From the NCBI GenBank assembly GCA_951406725.2, contig OX597815.1, positions 101,060,001-101,124,000 of the forward strand: a DNA stretch of 64,000 nt. The letters run 5' to 3'. A model generated the notes under the pieces. The model did not search any database and had not been told where the DNA came from. It saw nothing but the letters and a program-made list of their open reading frames with translations. A program made the translations under genes and the position numbers. Positions 26,180-38,942 of the stretch are shown here, one piece after another. Source of the stretch: Octopus vulgaris (lineage: Eukaryota). The first letter of the stretch is position 1, and each line of letters begins with the position of its first letter.

Positions 26180-27486
26180 AGGAAAAAAAAATATTTAAGT
26201 TTATATATTTCAGTTTGTTACTTCTGTGACTACAACATTTTATGTTTCTTAAAAATTTCGTCATTTGTGCTACGGACACTAGTTATCTGATCAGATGTAC
26301 AGTTATATCGTGTGCTGGAGTAATGTATTTTACCCCTACTTAAAATGATTTTTTATGTGTGTATTGTCATGTTGGCATGGGTTGGACGAGACTGTTTTAC
26401 AACCAGATACCCTTCTTAATGCCTTTTCTTTTAGTTGCTTCTTTCAATATAGTGTACCTATTCTAAAAATCAAGCTACCCACAAGCCAATAAGGGTACTT
26501 TTGTGTACTTATTTGACCTGCCATAAACAGGCAAATCTCCCTATCATTTCGAGAAATGAAGACATGTTAGCATTATGTATTTTGGGTACGCTATGCCTGA
26601 AAAACATGGTATAGCCATAGCTAGATGCAGTGAACATTATAAGTTTGTTGGATTGGGTTTGTCCTGGGCTAAACAACTACAGATATGTTATAAGCCAATA
26701 GGGGAGTCTCTTCACGGCTGCTCAACCAACTAGAAATAACAACCAAATCCCTCTCAGAGCACATCCTAATGTTGTAAATAAGGAATGCCTTTAAACACAG
26801 GTTGTTCAATTCACTTAGCCCCATGTTAGTCTTAATTAACAACACCCATACTTAATAACAGGACCTGAAAGATCCATCCTCTCACCCTCTCCTTTCAACC
26901 TGTCACTAAATGAGCCTCTCATACCTCCTGAAAACAATATACATATTCTTATACATTAATGACATCATTATTTCAACCTTCTAATATTTGTCAGATACTG
27001 CTACTTTAATTAACCTTCACACTCAACAACATAAGCTTATCACAGACATATTAGTAATTACATACAGCTCTTCCACAAGGTTCACAACACACATTCCAAA
27101 TATAGCAAAACAACTTAGAAACATTCTTAACCCTTTAGCATTCAGATTTCTCTGTCAAATGTAATGCTTATTTTTTCACCTTGTTTTGAATTAATTATGC
27201 ATTATCTCCTAGTTTTGAGAATTTGATGTGACTTGTTAATTTTTAGATTGACATTGTAGTGTAAGGGACTGGTTCAGACCATTTTGAACTGTAGATTATT
27301 TTGACCAGATATGGCCAGTTTAAATGCTAAAGGGTTAAAGCAGTCACAGATGCCACATTTAGCAACTAAAAAGAAACTATCATAATAGCATGCAAATTAG
27401 GTCCACCAGGTACTATGTCTACTCTGTCTCAGCATGTCTTTCCACAGTAAACTACAAAATAGTGCATGGTACATTATGGTTGTGCA

Positions 27487-28650
27487 CATCATCATCATCA
27501 TTTAGCGTCCGTTTTCCATGCTAGCATGGGTTGGACGGTTCAACTGGGGTCTGGGGAGCCCGAAGGCTGCACCAGGCCAGTCAGATCTGGCAGTGTTTCT
27601 ACAGCTGGATGCCCTTCCTAACGCCAACCACTCCGAGAGTGTAGTGGGTGATTTTATGTGCCACCGACACAGGTGCCAGACGAGGCTGGCGAATGGCCAC
27701 GCTCGGATGGTGTTTTTATGTGCCACCGACACAGGTGCCAGACGAGGCTGGCAGACGGCCACGCTCGGATGGTGTTTTTATGTGCCACCGACACAGGTGC
27801 CAGATGAGGCTGGCGGACGGCCACGATCGGATGGTGTTTGTTACGGAGGCCAGTCTATGCGGTACTGGCTACGGCCACGTTCGGATGATTTTCTTGTGTG
27901 CCACCGGCACTGGTACCACAAAGATACAAATTCCATTGATGTTCATCTATTTTGATTTGTTTTGATTTTCACTTGCCTCAACAGGTCTTCACAAGTGTCA
28001 CAAGAAGGAAGGTATGCACAGGTGGACTGACTACGTCCCAGGTAGGGTCACGGGTTATGGCCTGACTAGTCTTGCCGGGTCTTCGGATGGTGTTTTTATG
28101 TGCCACCGACACAGGTGCCAGATGGGGCTGACGAACGGCCACGGTCGGATGGTGTTTGTTGCGTGCCCACAGCACGGAGGCCAGTCGATGCGGTACTGGC
28201 TACAGCCACGTTCGGATGGTTTTCTTGTGTGCCACCGGCACTGGTACCACAAAGATACAAATTCCATTGATGTTCATCTATTTTGATTTGATTTTCACTT
28301 GCCTCAACAGGTCTTCACAAGTGTCACAAGAAGGAAGGAAGGAAGGTATGCACAGGTGGACTGACTACGTCCCAAGTAGGGGCCACGGGTTATGGCCTGA
28401 CTAGTCTTGCCGGGTCTTCGGTTGGTGTTTTTATGTGCCACCGATACAGGTGCCAGATGAGGCTGGCGGACGGCCACGATCGGATGGTGTTTGTTATGTG
28501 CCCACATCACAGAGGCCAGTCGATGCGGTACTGGCTACGGCCACGTTCGGATGGTTTTCTTGTGTGCCACCGGTACTGGTACCACAAAGATACAAATTCC
28601 ATTGATGTTCATCTATTTTGATTTGGTTTGATTTGATTTGATTTGATTTT
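27487..28650 (-). repeat. RTE 3' UTR fragment with nested tandem amplification (~60 bp units inside three ~330-350 bp units)
   Basis: The block ..CACAAAGATACAAATTCCATTGATGTTCATCTATTTTGAT occurs at about 27920, 28250 and 28585. Confidence 0.85.
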
Positions 28651-30143
28651 GATTGAATCAAACCAAATGACCTACACAATTAAACAAAAATATTAAATAT
28701 GAAAGACCACTTGCATATATAACAGGCATAGTTTGTTGCAGTAGCAAACTACATGAAAAGTCACCTTGAAACACCCCAAAACATTCCAGTATCCTAATGC
28801 CACATCTTTTCAACTCACACAAAACATAAACACAGCCTATACTTATATTGAACATTACACACCTCCTCTAAACAGACATATGAAAATATTTATACTCAGT
28901 TCAAATCCTACTGTGGTCTACTTGAGTGATGGACTGAATCTGTCATCTAATTTATCATCACCACCTAGTTCTTGGGTGCCTATAAAAGAAACCACCCTGT
29001 TGCAAGCATTTGGGAAAGAGTTTTAGTTTAAAATCGGCTAATCTAGGTCGAGATGGGTTATGGGCACTGCCTTTTCGTCCTAGGTTAAAGAAAATGCGGG
29101 ACATTGCACTCATATTTCCAAAACAGCTCCATAACTATTCTTGTTCTAAAGCAAATTTGTGGTTCTAACTAGCTGAGACCCAATGGTACAGTTATCTAAA
29201 TATCAAACTTCTGTTCTTTGTAAGTGTAACCTTAAAATCATTTTGTGTTATCATTTCTTGGGATTGTCAATTCATATTAACTTCTAGATCAGCCTTGATT
29301 AAGTAGACGTATGATCAATGGTCATCTTGACATGAGCATCTGATCTTATGGATATTTCTGACTATTTTATTTAATGTATACTTTCACAAGATATTAGGTT
29401 GTTATTTATAGCTAGCCAAGTGACCCATGTAGAGACTCCCTCATTAGGGTGTTATTTCATGTGTATTGTTGAATTTCAGTACAATAGACATTTCAGTCTT
29501 GTTTACTCAATCCAAATGGTTACCAGATATTTCCTGTGACAGACAAGCACCCTGTTTAGGTGAAACCTTGCTCTTTACAATCCACTTAGCACTGCAGAAA
29601 GCAGAATCCTAAAGTTAGGAATAAGTTCAAATTAAATAGAAACACAGAAGAAAACAGTTTTCACAGCTTAAGTTTGAAATATAACAAAATATCAAAAGTA
29701 ATTGTTTATGTTTTATTTTCCTTTCATATCACCTCAGCAAACATGACCCAATAAATCAATCTTTCGTTGATAAAGTTTAATAAGAATTTGGTGTCATGAA
29801 GGAAGATAAAAGGGAAGCTATAGTGTGGGCCAAAAGAACCTGGCTATTCCCTGGTAGTATCAATGCCATTTGATAGGGATGAAAGGAGCAGGTGATGATC
29901 TTCAGTCAACAACTGCTGAAGGGAATGTCTTATACAACAGCAACAAGTTATATGTAAAAATATAATTGACAGCTTTTTTTAATGTTTTAATAGAAAAATC
30001 AATGAACTTTTATTCTCTTTTGGATCACAATTGGTTGTCAGATGTTTTATCATTGCTATGAATTGTTTTACCAACATCATCATTCAAGTTATTAACAATG
30101 TTTTTACATTTTGTTTTTTCTCTCATTAAGTTTGGCTAACATT

Positions 30144-31019
30144 TCAGCTCTGAGACTTCAACTCCACAGAATTTATTGCTTTATACTTAAGTAAGAGACT
30201 AGGTTTTGCTCGTAGAACCAGGCCACGTGACCTTTTAGTAGGTATAAATTTCTGTAGTACTTTGGAATTTACATAAGTTGCTTTTAATGTTTTGTTTTCA
30301 ACTGATTCAGTAGTAGTAATTTTAACAGGTTTTGCTGATAGATCTTGACTCTTTTGAAGTGGGTTCACTTTCTTTGGCTCTGACTGTCCACTTTTATGAG
30401 CACTGGAAGTTTTGATACTATCATATTTCATCTTTTTGGAAATTTTATTTGATTCTGTATGACCAGAAGCTTTAGTAGTGGCACCAATAACTCTTTTTCC
30501 TTTGGAAACGGAACTGGATTCCAAGTTGTTATCTTTGGAATCATTATATTTTAACCTTTTAGAAGTGATATTTGATTCTGTACAATTTAAATCTTTAGGT
30601 ATGGACTTAGAGACCACAATTTTCTTTGAAACACTAATTGATTCTGATTTGCGACAGCTTTTGGACATAGAATCTGGAACCATGAGTTCTTCAGAACTAG
30701 TACAGGAAACTGGTTTGCTATAGTCTTTGGATATTGAATCAGGAACTGTGGGTTCTTTGGAAACAGAACTTGTTATCAAATTGCTATGGTCTTTGGATAC
30801 AGAACCAGGAGCTGTTTCTTTGGAAACATTACTTGATTTGTCATAATTTTTGGGTGTAAACCTGTCCTTGAATTGTTTGGAAATCCAATTTTTGTTTGCT
30901 TTATTTTTTGCTGCTTGCTTGTTTTGAGGAAATTTTTGTCTGGTTTGGTTTAAATAACTGTCATTCCATTCAAATTTCTTGTGGTTACAACAAAATTTTG
31001 AAGGATTTACAGTGATGAT
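30144..31019 (-). CDS. NOL8: NOL8-N last coding exon (Ser/Lys-rich, ends TGA)
   Basis: Open 292-codon frame beginning IITVNPSKFCCNHKKF (cf. IIKYDPSKYCHNLKKI). Preceded by U12 branch-like TTTTCTTAAC. Minus-strand AATAAA near 30010 and 29715. Confidence 0.82.
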   Translation of the reverse strand: MITVNPSKFCCNHKKFEWNDSYLNQTRQKFPQNKQAAKNKANKNWISKQFKDRFTPKNYDKSSNVSKETAPGSVSKDHSNLITSSVSKEPTVPDSISKDYSKPVSCTSSEELMVPDSMSKSCRKSESISVSKKIVVSKSIPKDLNCTESNITSKRLKYNDSKDNNLESSSVSKGKRVIGATTKASGHTESNKISKKMKYDSIKTSSAHKSGQSEPKKVNPLQKSQDLSAKPVKITTTESVENKTLKATYVNSKVLQKFIPTKRSRGLVLRAKPSLLLKYKAINSVELKSQS

Positions 31020-31171
31020 ATAAAAATTGTTAAGAAAAAATATTTTCATTATAAACAAATCAATGAAGGCAACATCATACATATAGACAGGAATAAAGAT
31101 ATGCACTATACTTTCAAATATTACCTTATTACATAAAGAATGAATAATTACAAGATTTTGTAGAAGTAATG

Positions 31172-31936
31172 TCAGTATGCACACATGACAGAGTGTAAGT
31201 GCCCTGAGAGAAATGTAGGACATAAAAAGCATCGGATGTGGCATGCAAGAGAGACATTTGCATTGGTATGGTCATGTACTATGGATGGATGAGGAGAGAT
31301 GTGTGAAGAAGTGCCACTCCTGAACAGTGGAAGGAATCTGGGGTAGAGGGAGACGTGGGATGAGATGGTGAAGCATGACCTTTGAACATTAGGCCTCACA
31401 AAGGAAATGACGAAAGACAGAGACCTCTGGAGATATGCTGTGACTGAGAAGACCTGGAAAATAAAGGGAGATCACAGCTGTAACCTACACCAGTATTGCA
31501 TAACCAGCCCACTCAAAAAATTCCTTTGGATCGTAGGGCGACATGCTGTGCTTGAGGAGACCTATTGAGTCAAGTACATCAACATCAAAATGATATCAAT
31601 CACAATCAAATGGAAATTGTAAATGTGGTCCCTGTGCCGGTGGCATGTAAAAAGTACTATCCAAACATGGCCAATGCCAGCACTGCCTTGATTGGCTCCC
31701 GAGCTGGTGGCACGTAAAAAGCATCATCTGATTGTGGTCGATGCCAGTCTTCTCTGGCCCCTGTGCTGGTGGCACGTAAAAAGCACCCACTACACTCTTG
31801 GAAGGGCATCCAGCGGTAAAAACATTGTCAGATCAGACTGGTGCCTGGTGCAGCCTCCTGGCTTTCCAAACCCCAGCTGAACCGTCCAACCCATGCCAGC
31901 ATGGAAAACGGACGTTGAACAATGATGATGATGATG
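31172..31936 (+). mobile_element. RTE-clade LINE 3' end (ORF2 C-terminus + 3' UTR + (TGA)n)
   Basis: WYGHVL.MDEERCVKKC, TWDEMVKHDL and DRDLWRYAV, contiguous with the abundant UTR repeat. Confidence 0.85.
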
Positions 31937-31984
31937 AAAAAGACTCTAGATGCATAGAAACGTGTGCAAGGTTGACCCTAGGGT

Positions 31985-32383
31985 GTTGACCCCACATGGA
32001 CAAAAACATTAATCATTGCACCAACAACCACCTTGAGCACCTTTTTGAGCCCCATGTGTCACATGAGCATGCCTACAAAGTCAGAAAACAGCACAGCTCC
32101 CATGACTTCAGAAACATTCTTTCACACTCAGAGTTGCTGAAGCATGGAACAAACTACCTGCATCAGTTGTTAGTTGCTGAGACATTGCATCCTTTAAAAT
32201 TTCCATGCTTCCTGAAATTTGCCAACACTACACCCAATATCCTGCCTCCATATGCATGCACACATGTATATCATGACTTTCCTGCCTTTTGTACATAATT
32301 CTATGTACTGTACATGCACTTTTGATGAGTTGTAGTGCACCTGAGCACTATACACAATAATTTCATTATTATTATTATTATTA
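31985..32383 (+). mobile_element. older CR1 3' fragment
   Basis: YKVRKQHSSHDFR, the same 3' UTR and an (ATT)n tail. Confidence 0.85.
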
Positions 32384-34083
32384 TATGGTGAAATCAGTAA
32401 AACTGACTCAATCAAAACAATATTATTAAGATATGAAACAGAAAGCAAGTGTTTTTAAAAGCAGCAACCATAGAAAATAATATTTTTAATGTTTCAAGTT
32501 TTGGCACAAGGCTAGCAATTTTGAACGAAGGGAAAATTCAATTACATTGACCCAAGTGTTCAACTGGTACTTATTTTATCAACTCTAAAAAGATAACAGG
32601 CAAAGTTGAGCTTGTAATGTAAAAAGCAGGGAGAAATGCCATTTAGCATCTTGTCCAGTGTGATAATGATTGTGCCAGCTTGCTATCTTAATATCATTTT
32701 TAGTAATGCTGATACTTCAAACATGTAAATATCAGTGGGATATCATTTGGGATGAGAGAGAGGAGCATTCAACACAACCCAAATTTAAACTAGAGTCTTT
32801 CTGCTTATATGTAAGAAATCAATATCAATGGGAACTTGCAAACTCTGGAATGAATTAAACATTTTCACTTTTAAAATATTTTCATGAGAACAATTTCTGA
32901 AGTTTTAGAAATGTAGATGGGATTAAAAACCGAGAAATTCAAGTTTAACTTCAACTGTATTTATCATATCATTAGGGAAGGATATAATATACATATATAT
33001 ATCATCATCATTTAGCATCAGCTTTCCATACTGGCATGGGTTAAACAGTTTGACTGAAATTGGTAAGCTGCACCAGGTCCCAATCTGATTTGGCATGGTT
33101 TCTATGGCTTGATGCCCTTCCTAAAACACCAACCACTCCAAGAATGTAATGGGTGCTTTTTATGGTGTCAGTTACATGATACTGGCATTGGCCACAACTA
33201 TGATTTCACTTGGCTTGACGTGTCTTCTCAAGCACAGCATATCACTAATATATGTGTGTGTATGTGTTTACATATAACCATCCTCATCATTTTACATGTG
33301 CTTTCCATGTTGCCATGAGTTGGGCAGTTGATTAGCAAAATCATTTGGAGAAAATGTCATGTGGCCTCTTTACATTCTGAGTTTTAGATTATGTCAAAGT
33401 CAACATTGTCTTTAGACCCAGGGTAGTGTAGTTAAGAAGTTTACTTCCGAAACACATGGTTTGAGTTCAATCTCATTGCATTGTGAGTGAATTTGGTCGA
33501 CAGAAACTGTGCAGAACTGTAGTGTATTTGTGTGCATGCACACAAGTTCCTGTATAATGTTTACTTATCACACTGCATAATCAAATGCAGAGCTGCAAAC
33601 TGAAGTTTATTATCAAATATACATACACGAGGGAACCTCTCTGCAATCACTGAACTTGCTAGAAATAACAGCAAAATTTCCCTCAAATCATATCCCACTA
33701 TCTTCAAAAAAAAAGTACACATTGGATTATGTAGTCTTAGACACGCTTTGAATATAAGATGAGATATTCATGGCTTCATCTTCCAGTTGAGGCGGAAATA
33801 AGATTGGTAATATACATCAATTACAATCCTATTTTTGACCAGCCAAATACCAATATAGTGACCTTGGAAGAAAACTCTTTGAGATAAAAATAATCTCCAG
33901 TTACTTGAATGAAGGATTAGAAGTGTTTTCACTGAGAGAAATTAATGTATCCAAATACTACTGTTATAAGTTAAAAAGTATTTTGTGTTTTAGCAAGACC
34001 AATATGCTTCATTAGAAAACTTGAATAACAAATAGCCATAACAAAATAAACCTTAAAAAGAAAATAGTTAACTGAAAGGATAT

Positions 34084-34143
34084 TTTCCATCTGTTTTGGC
34101 GGATTCTCATTATTGGAAGTGCTTGTTTATACTTGACCCAATC
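34084..34143 (-). CDS. NOL8: NOL8-N coding exon 5, followed by a U12-type donor
   Basis: tttccag|DWVKYKQALPIMRIRQNRWK|ATATCCTTT (cf. NWVVSKFGRVLPVLHL). Confidence 0.82.
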
Positions 34144-35381
34144 CTGGAAAAACAATAGTAATATATTATTATTGGTTTGCCTGAAAACAGTCCATTGTAT
34201 TTATGCATATTTATATATATATATGTGTGTGTGTGTCTTGACATCACATGATGGTTCTGAATGAGCATCACCATCATACAAGTGATAATGTTTGTTTTGA
34301 GTTTTTCACTGAAAACTTGTCTGGTCATGGGAAATCTTACCTTGCTTAGAAACAAGTGAAGGTGGGCAACAGGTAGGGCATCTAGTCATGGAAAATCTGC
34401 CTCAATGAATTCCATCCGATCCATGCAAGTCTAGAAAATGATTGTTATCATTTAATGCACATGTTCCATGCTTGCTTGGGTCGGCAGAAACCAGTGGGTG
34501 TGAGGATTGCATTGTGCTCCAATGTCAGCTTTGGAATGGCTTCTATGGTTGTATGGTCTTCCTAACATCAACCAGTTTACAGAGTGTACTGAGTGCTTTT
34601 TTCTTGTGGCATCAGCACTGAGGAGATACAATGCAGTTTGGAAGACTAAGATGCTCTTTGAATGAGCGAGGTTACAGTAGTGAGGGAGGTGGCTTGATAC
34701 TAGGAGATAAGAGGTTAAAGTATGTGAGAAGGGGCCAGAACAAAACAGGTTTCTTGCTATAGAGGCTACCCATATTATAGAAAAGAGGTGGGAAGTGACT
34801 TGGGTGGAGCTGGAAAGAGATAAAACAGTGTTGACAAGGTGGATCCTCAACATATGAGGTGAGTAAAAATGAGTGGGTGGAATTTTCAAGAGTATATGGG
34901 AGAGCAGATGGTTACAGATGGGGAATGGGTGAGGGGTGAATATAAGGAAGAACAGGCATTAAGGAATGATAAGTGGGGAGACTAGGTGACAACTATTGAA
35001 TCTAGGTTGAATAGTGGATATGAGGTGATGTGGGGAGCTAGAGAGGAGTAAAAAATAACTGACACTGCAGAAAAAGGTATGGGCTGGGAGAGAAGAGCAA
35101 TACAATAATAATAATAATGGTACAACAAACAGGGGATGGATGAGAGAGAGATTGAGATGATGTGTAGTTGAGAGTGATCAATGTAATGTGTTAGTGGAAA
35201 GGACAGTAATAAGAATGATGGAAAACAAGTGAAATAGTTCTGCGTAGTAAGAAAAGTGGATGTAAAATCTATGATGATGGACAAGAAGGAAAATAACTTT
35301 TTGGAAAAGATCCTCATGAAACCTTTCAAAAAAAAAAAACACACTTCTTACTTCTTCATATTATTAATAAACTTAAAATAC

Positions 35382-35532
35382 CTTCTTGTCAGGAACTTCA
35401 CTTCTTAATCTGGCATTACGGAAGGTTTTATTGGACCCTTTTACATCAGAACCTGCATTTGATGATAGCTCCATTTCCTCTGGTTCCTTTTCTGTCAGCT
35501 GTCTTTTCTGTTCAGCAATAGCTTTTAACAAG
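35382..35532 (-). CDS. NOL8: NOL8-N coding exon 4
   Basis: attacag|...|gtattt, phase 2->0. LLKAIAEQKRQ...RSEVPDKK. Confidence 0.85.
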
Positions 35533-35573
35533 CTGTAATAAAACAGAAATATGCTATTAGTTGTCTTATAATT

Positions 35574-35634
<61 letters not shown>

Positions 35635-36454
35635 TATAAAAAGGACAATTATCGACTCATAACTCTAGCATGAGCATAGAAAACTTAAGTGAGTTGATTT
35701 TTTGATTTTTCTCAATCAAATCTATCAATGGGGTCAAAAGAGTTGGATCTGGGGTGATTGCAATAGTAAGGTTTGAACACATGACCACATAGTCAGTAGT
35801 CCAATATCTTACTTAATCTCAAACCCAGTATAAAATTCAACCTCATCATCGTTTTAATGTCTGCATTTCCATTCTTCCATGGTCAAACACTCTTTCAGTC
35901 ATCAAACCTCACCGTTTTTCCAAGCAAGGTAATATTTCTCCTTAGTCCTTCAGACATGGACAGATTTATGCTTAGACATGTTTTCAATTTTGGGAAAGGG
36001 GATAAGTTGATTACATTGATCCCTCTGGTACAACAGATACTTATTTTATAAGGATGAAAGGCAAAGCTGACCATGGCAGCACCTGAACTCAGAATGTAAT
36101 GTTGGAAGAAATGCAACTAAGCATTTTGTCATGAATGATAACAATTCTGCCAGCTCACTGCCTTTGCAAGAAGACCTGTACTCCACAACAGAAGTGTTAA
36201 GGCCACATCCTCTGGTGAAGAAGATTGGCTTACAAGAATCCTGTGCTGGTTCCATGTTAAAAACACCCAGCACACACTGTAAAGTGGTTGACGTTAGGAA
36301 GGGCATCCAGGTATAGAAATCAAGTCAAATCAGACTGGAACCTGGTGCAGTTCTCTGGCTTGTCAGCTCTGGTCAAACCGTCCAAACCATGCCAATGTGA
36401 AAAACAGACATTAAGGAATGATGACTATTAAACTGAGATTAGAAAGATACTTAC

Positions 36455-36533
36455 TTATGGTAAGAACTTGGCTTAGCTATTTCAATTTTCATTTCATGAG
36501 ACCGCCACTTTGTACAATTCAATGCCTTCATAC
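36455..36533 (-). CDS. NOL8: NOL8-N coding exon 3
   Basis: tttatag|...|gtaagt, phase 1->2. CMKALNCTKWRSHEMKIEIAKPS (cf. CMSVLNKTKWKGGTLQIQLAKES). Confidence 0.9.
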
Positions 36534-38289
36534 CTATAAAATAAAACAGATTATGAGCTAATGAGCTCCTCCACATGGCTGCCTGACTTTCCAGATAGAG
36601 CAGCTAAACCACCTCGACATCATACACTTATGTCTTATAAACAAAGTACATACTGCAAAATACAGTCATAGGTAAACTATGTCTCAATAAAAGATAGGAT
36701 GCTCACTACTGTAAGACCTTTGATCAAAGGTCTAGATCAGGTCTGACCTGGAGTTAAGCAGCAGCATAAGCATTTAGATTAGCATCAAAGAATTTATCAG
36801 ACAGAATACATTTATCTTCTTACAACAAAGTCAATGTGGCACTGCTGTAGTTGGTCAAGATTTCTCTAACATTAATCCTGACCCCATTACCATATTTTCA
36901 CATTCATCATCAACAGTTAAAGTCCATTTTCCATGCTAGCATGGGTTGGCTGGCTTGAGAAGAACTGGCAATGCTAGGGGCAGCATCAAGTTCCGTAGTC
37001 TATTTTGGCTAGGTTTCTATGGCTGGATGCCCTTCTTAATGCTAGATCAGGTCTGACCTGGAGTTAAGCAGCAACATAAGCATTTAGATTACACTGGGTG
37101 CTTTTTATGTGGTGCCAGCACCAATACCCACACCAATACTTTTTATGTAGCACCTTGGTTTTAGGATCTCGATTCTGTTGTAGTGGGCAGGTCTTCTTGA
37201 GTACAACAAAGCACTATGTGTCTTGGTCCTCATTCACTAAAACAAAGAAGACTGTTGCTAACCTGAACGGTCCCCGTAACTTAGCGGTTCGGCAAAAGAG
37301 ACCGATAGAATAAGTACTGGGCTTACAAAAGAATAAGTCCCGGGGTCGAGTTGCTCGATTAAAGGCGGTGCTCCAGCATGGCCGCAGTTAAATGACTGAA
37401 ACAAATAAAAGAGTAAAAGAGTAAAGAGTTACATTCAGCCTTATAAGGTAAAGATTATTGTCTCAATTGCCCCAATCTTAGATATTTTAGAATGAATACC
37501 AATTGGTGATGTTCATCATTCTTCAAATGATGCAGTGAATCACCAGTTGGTTATTTATAAGATTTGTTTATTTCTGGTAGTCAACCTTCAAAACTCTACT
37601 GTCTCTACTGTCTCATAATTTGTCACCTGGTTCAACACCACTACATGACCTCTGGGTAGAGTTTGCTTTGTTGTGAATATTCTTGTTTGAGATCAATCCA
37701 GGAGTCTTCCTATTTTTCCTACATTAATTTGGGAACTCTGGCAAAAAATGATGGGCACTTTTTGCCAAACTTTAAGAAAACAACTCTTCTACTGGCACAT
37801 CCACTAATGCACAACATTTCACTACCTCCACTGTGACCCAGGAAACTAGGCTAAATGTGCAATAACCAGGATGAAGACTAAGGACTTATTACAAGGAAAA
37901 GAAAGTATCCAACTTTTCTACCTTAGAATCTATTTCATTTCTCTAACAGTTTTACATACATTTGTCTGTATTCACCTGGTGACATGGTTTACTTGGTGGA
38001 GCAATTGTTTTTAGATCATTCATCTATGAGGTAAATGGAACCTGCTCTATATCAATCAGATAAACTGGAGTGAAGAGGTGTACATATGATTTTAAATACA
38101 GTCACAGAGCTATAAATATTTGGGAGCAGAGTTTATAGTTGATTTAATATTGACCCCAGTGCCTTACTGATATTTGTTTTATCAAACTGGGAAGCATGGC
38201 AGGTAAAGTTGATCTACACCACTAGTTATTTAGTCAAATGCTCTAAAAATTGTCAATCTATCAGCCTCTTCCTTCTAATAATAATAACA

Positions 38290-38725
38290 ATAATAATAAT
38301 AATGAGTTCAAATTTTTCCCATAAAGGCAGCTTGTGGGAGGGGATTAAGTTAATTACATTGAGCCCTGTATGTAACTGGTATTTATTTAACTGATCTCGA
38401 AAGGATGAAAGTGAAAGTTGACCTCGAAGCGATGGGCGAAATACTGCTAAGCATTTTGCCTGACGTGCTAACGATTCTGCCAGCTTGCCACCTCCTGATA
38501 ATAATATTGGTTTCAAAGTTTTGGCATAAGGCCAGCTATTTCAGGGAAGTGGGCAAGTCGATTACATCAATCCCAGTGCTCAACTGGTAATTATTTTATC
38601 AACCTCAAAAGTATGAAAGGCAAAGTTGTCCTTGGCAGAATTTGAACACAGAATGTAAAGATGGATGAAATGCCGTAAAGCATTTTACCCAGCATGCTAA
38701 CGATTCTGTTAGCTTGCTGCCTTTT
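38290..38725 (-). repeat. tandem copies of a short SINE-like repeat (also 32490-32690, 35985-36165, 46700-47085, 58000-58345)
   Basis: Recurrent GATGAAAGGCAAAGT.GACCTC.GC.GAATTTGAA...GCTAAGCATTTT...ATTCTGCCAGCT. Confidence 0.7.
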
Positions 38726-38879
38726 CTATTGATAATAATAATAATAATACTGCTGCCACCATCACCAAGAAATCAGTGTAGAAATAGATAGGGGGAAGGC
38801 TAGAGTTGATTAGATTGATTCCAGTATTTGACTGGTATTATATTTTACTTGGTGAGTAAAAATAATATACATTACTTAC

Positions 38880-38942
38880 AAGATTTCAGTTTTTCATCTG
38901 TAGTGTTTATATTGATGTAGGCAAAAGTCTTTATTGGTTTAC
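38880..38942 (-). CDS. NOL8: NOL8-N coding exon 2
   Basis: ttcatag|...|gtaagt, phase 1->1. GKPIKTFAYININTTDEKLKS (cf. GNPQKVFAYINI). Confidence 0.9.

Larger units (their letters stand above)
31020..34083 (-). other. U12-type (minor spliceosome) intron with AT-AT termini
   Basis: 5' ATATCCTTT; branch TTTTTTCTTAAC (31040-31029); 3' end AATTTTTAT. Only this junction keeps both frame and homology. Confidence 0.75.

Noticed and set aside
31020-31244. N-terminal 75 aa of the 366-aa ORF as a real single-exon gene start
   Set aside because: It lies in the U12 intron and overlaps an RTE fragment. NOL8 similarity starts exactly at 31019.
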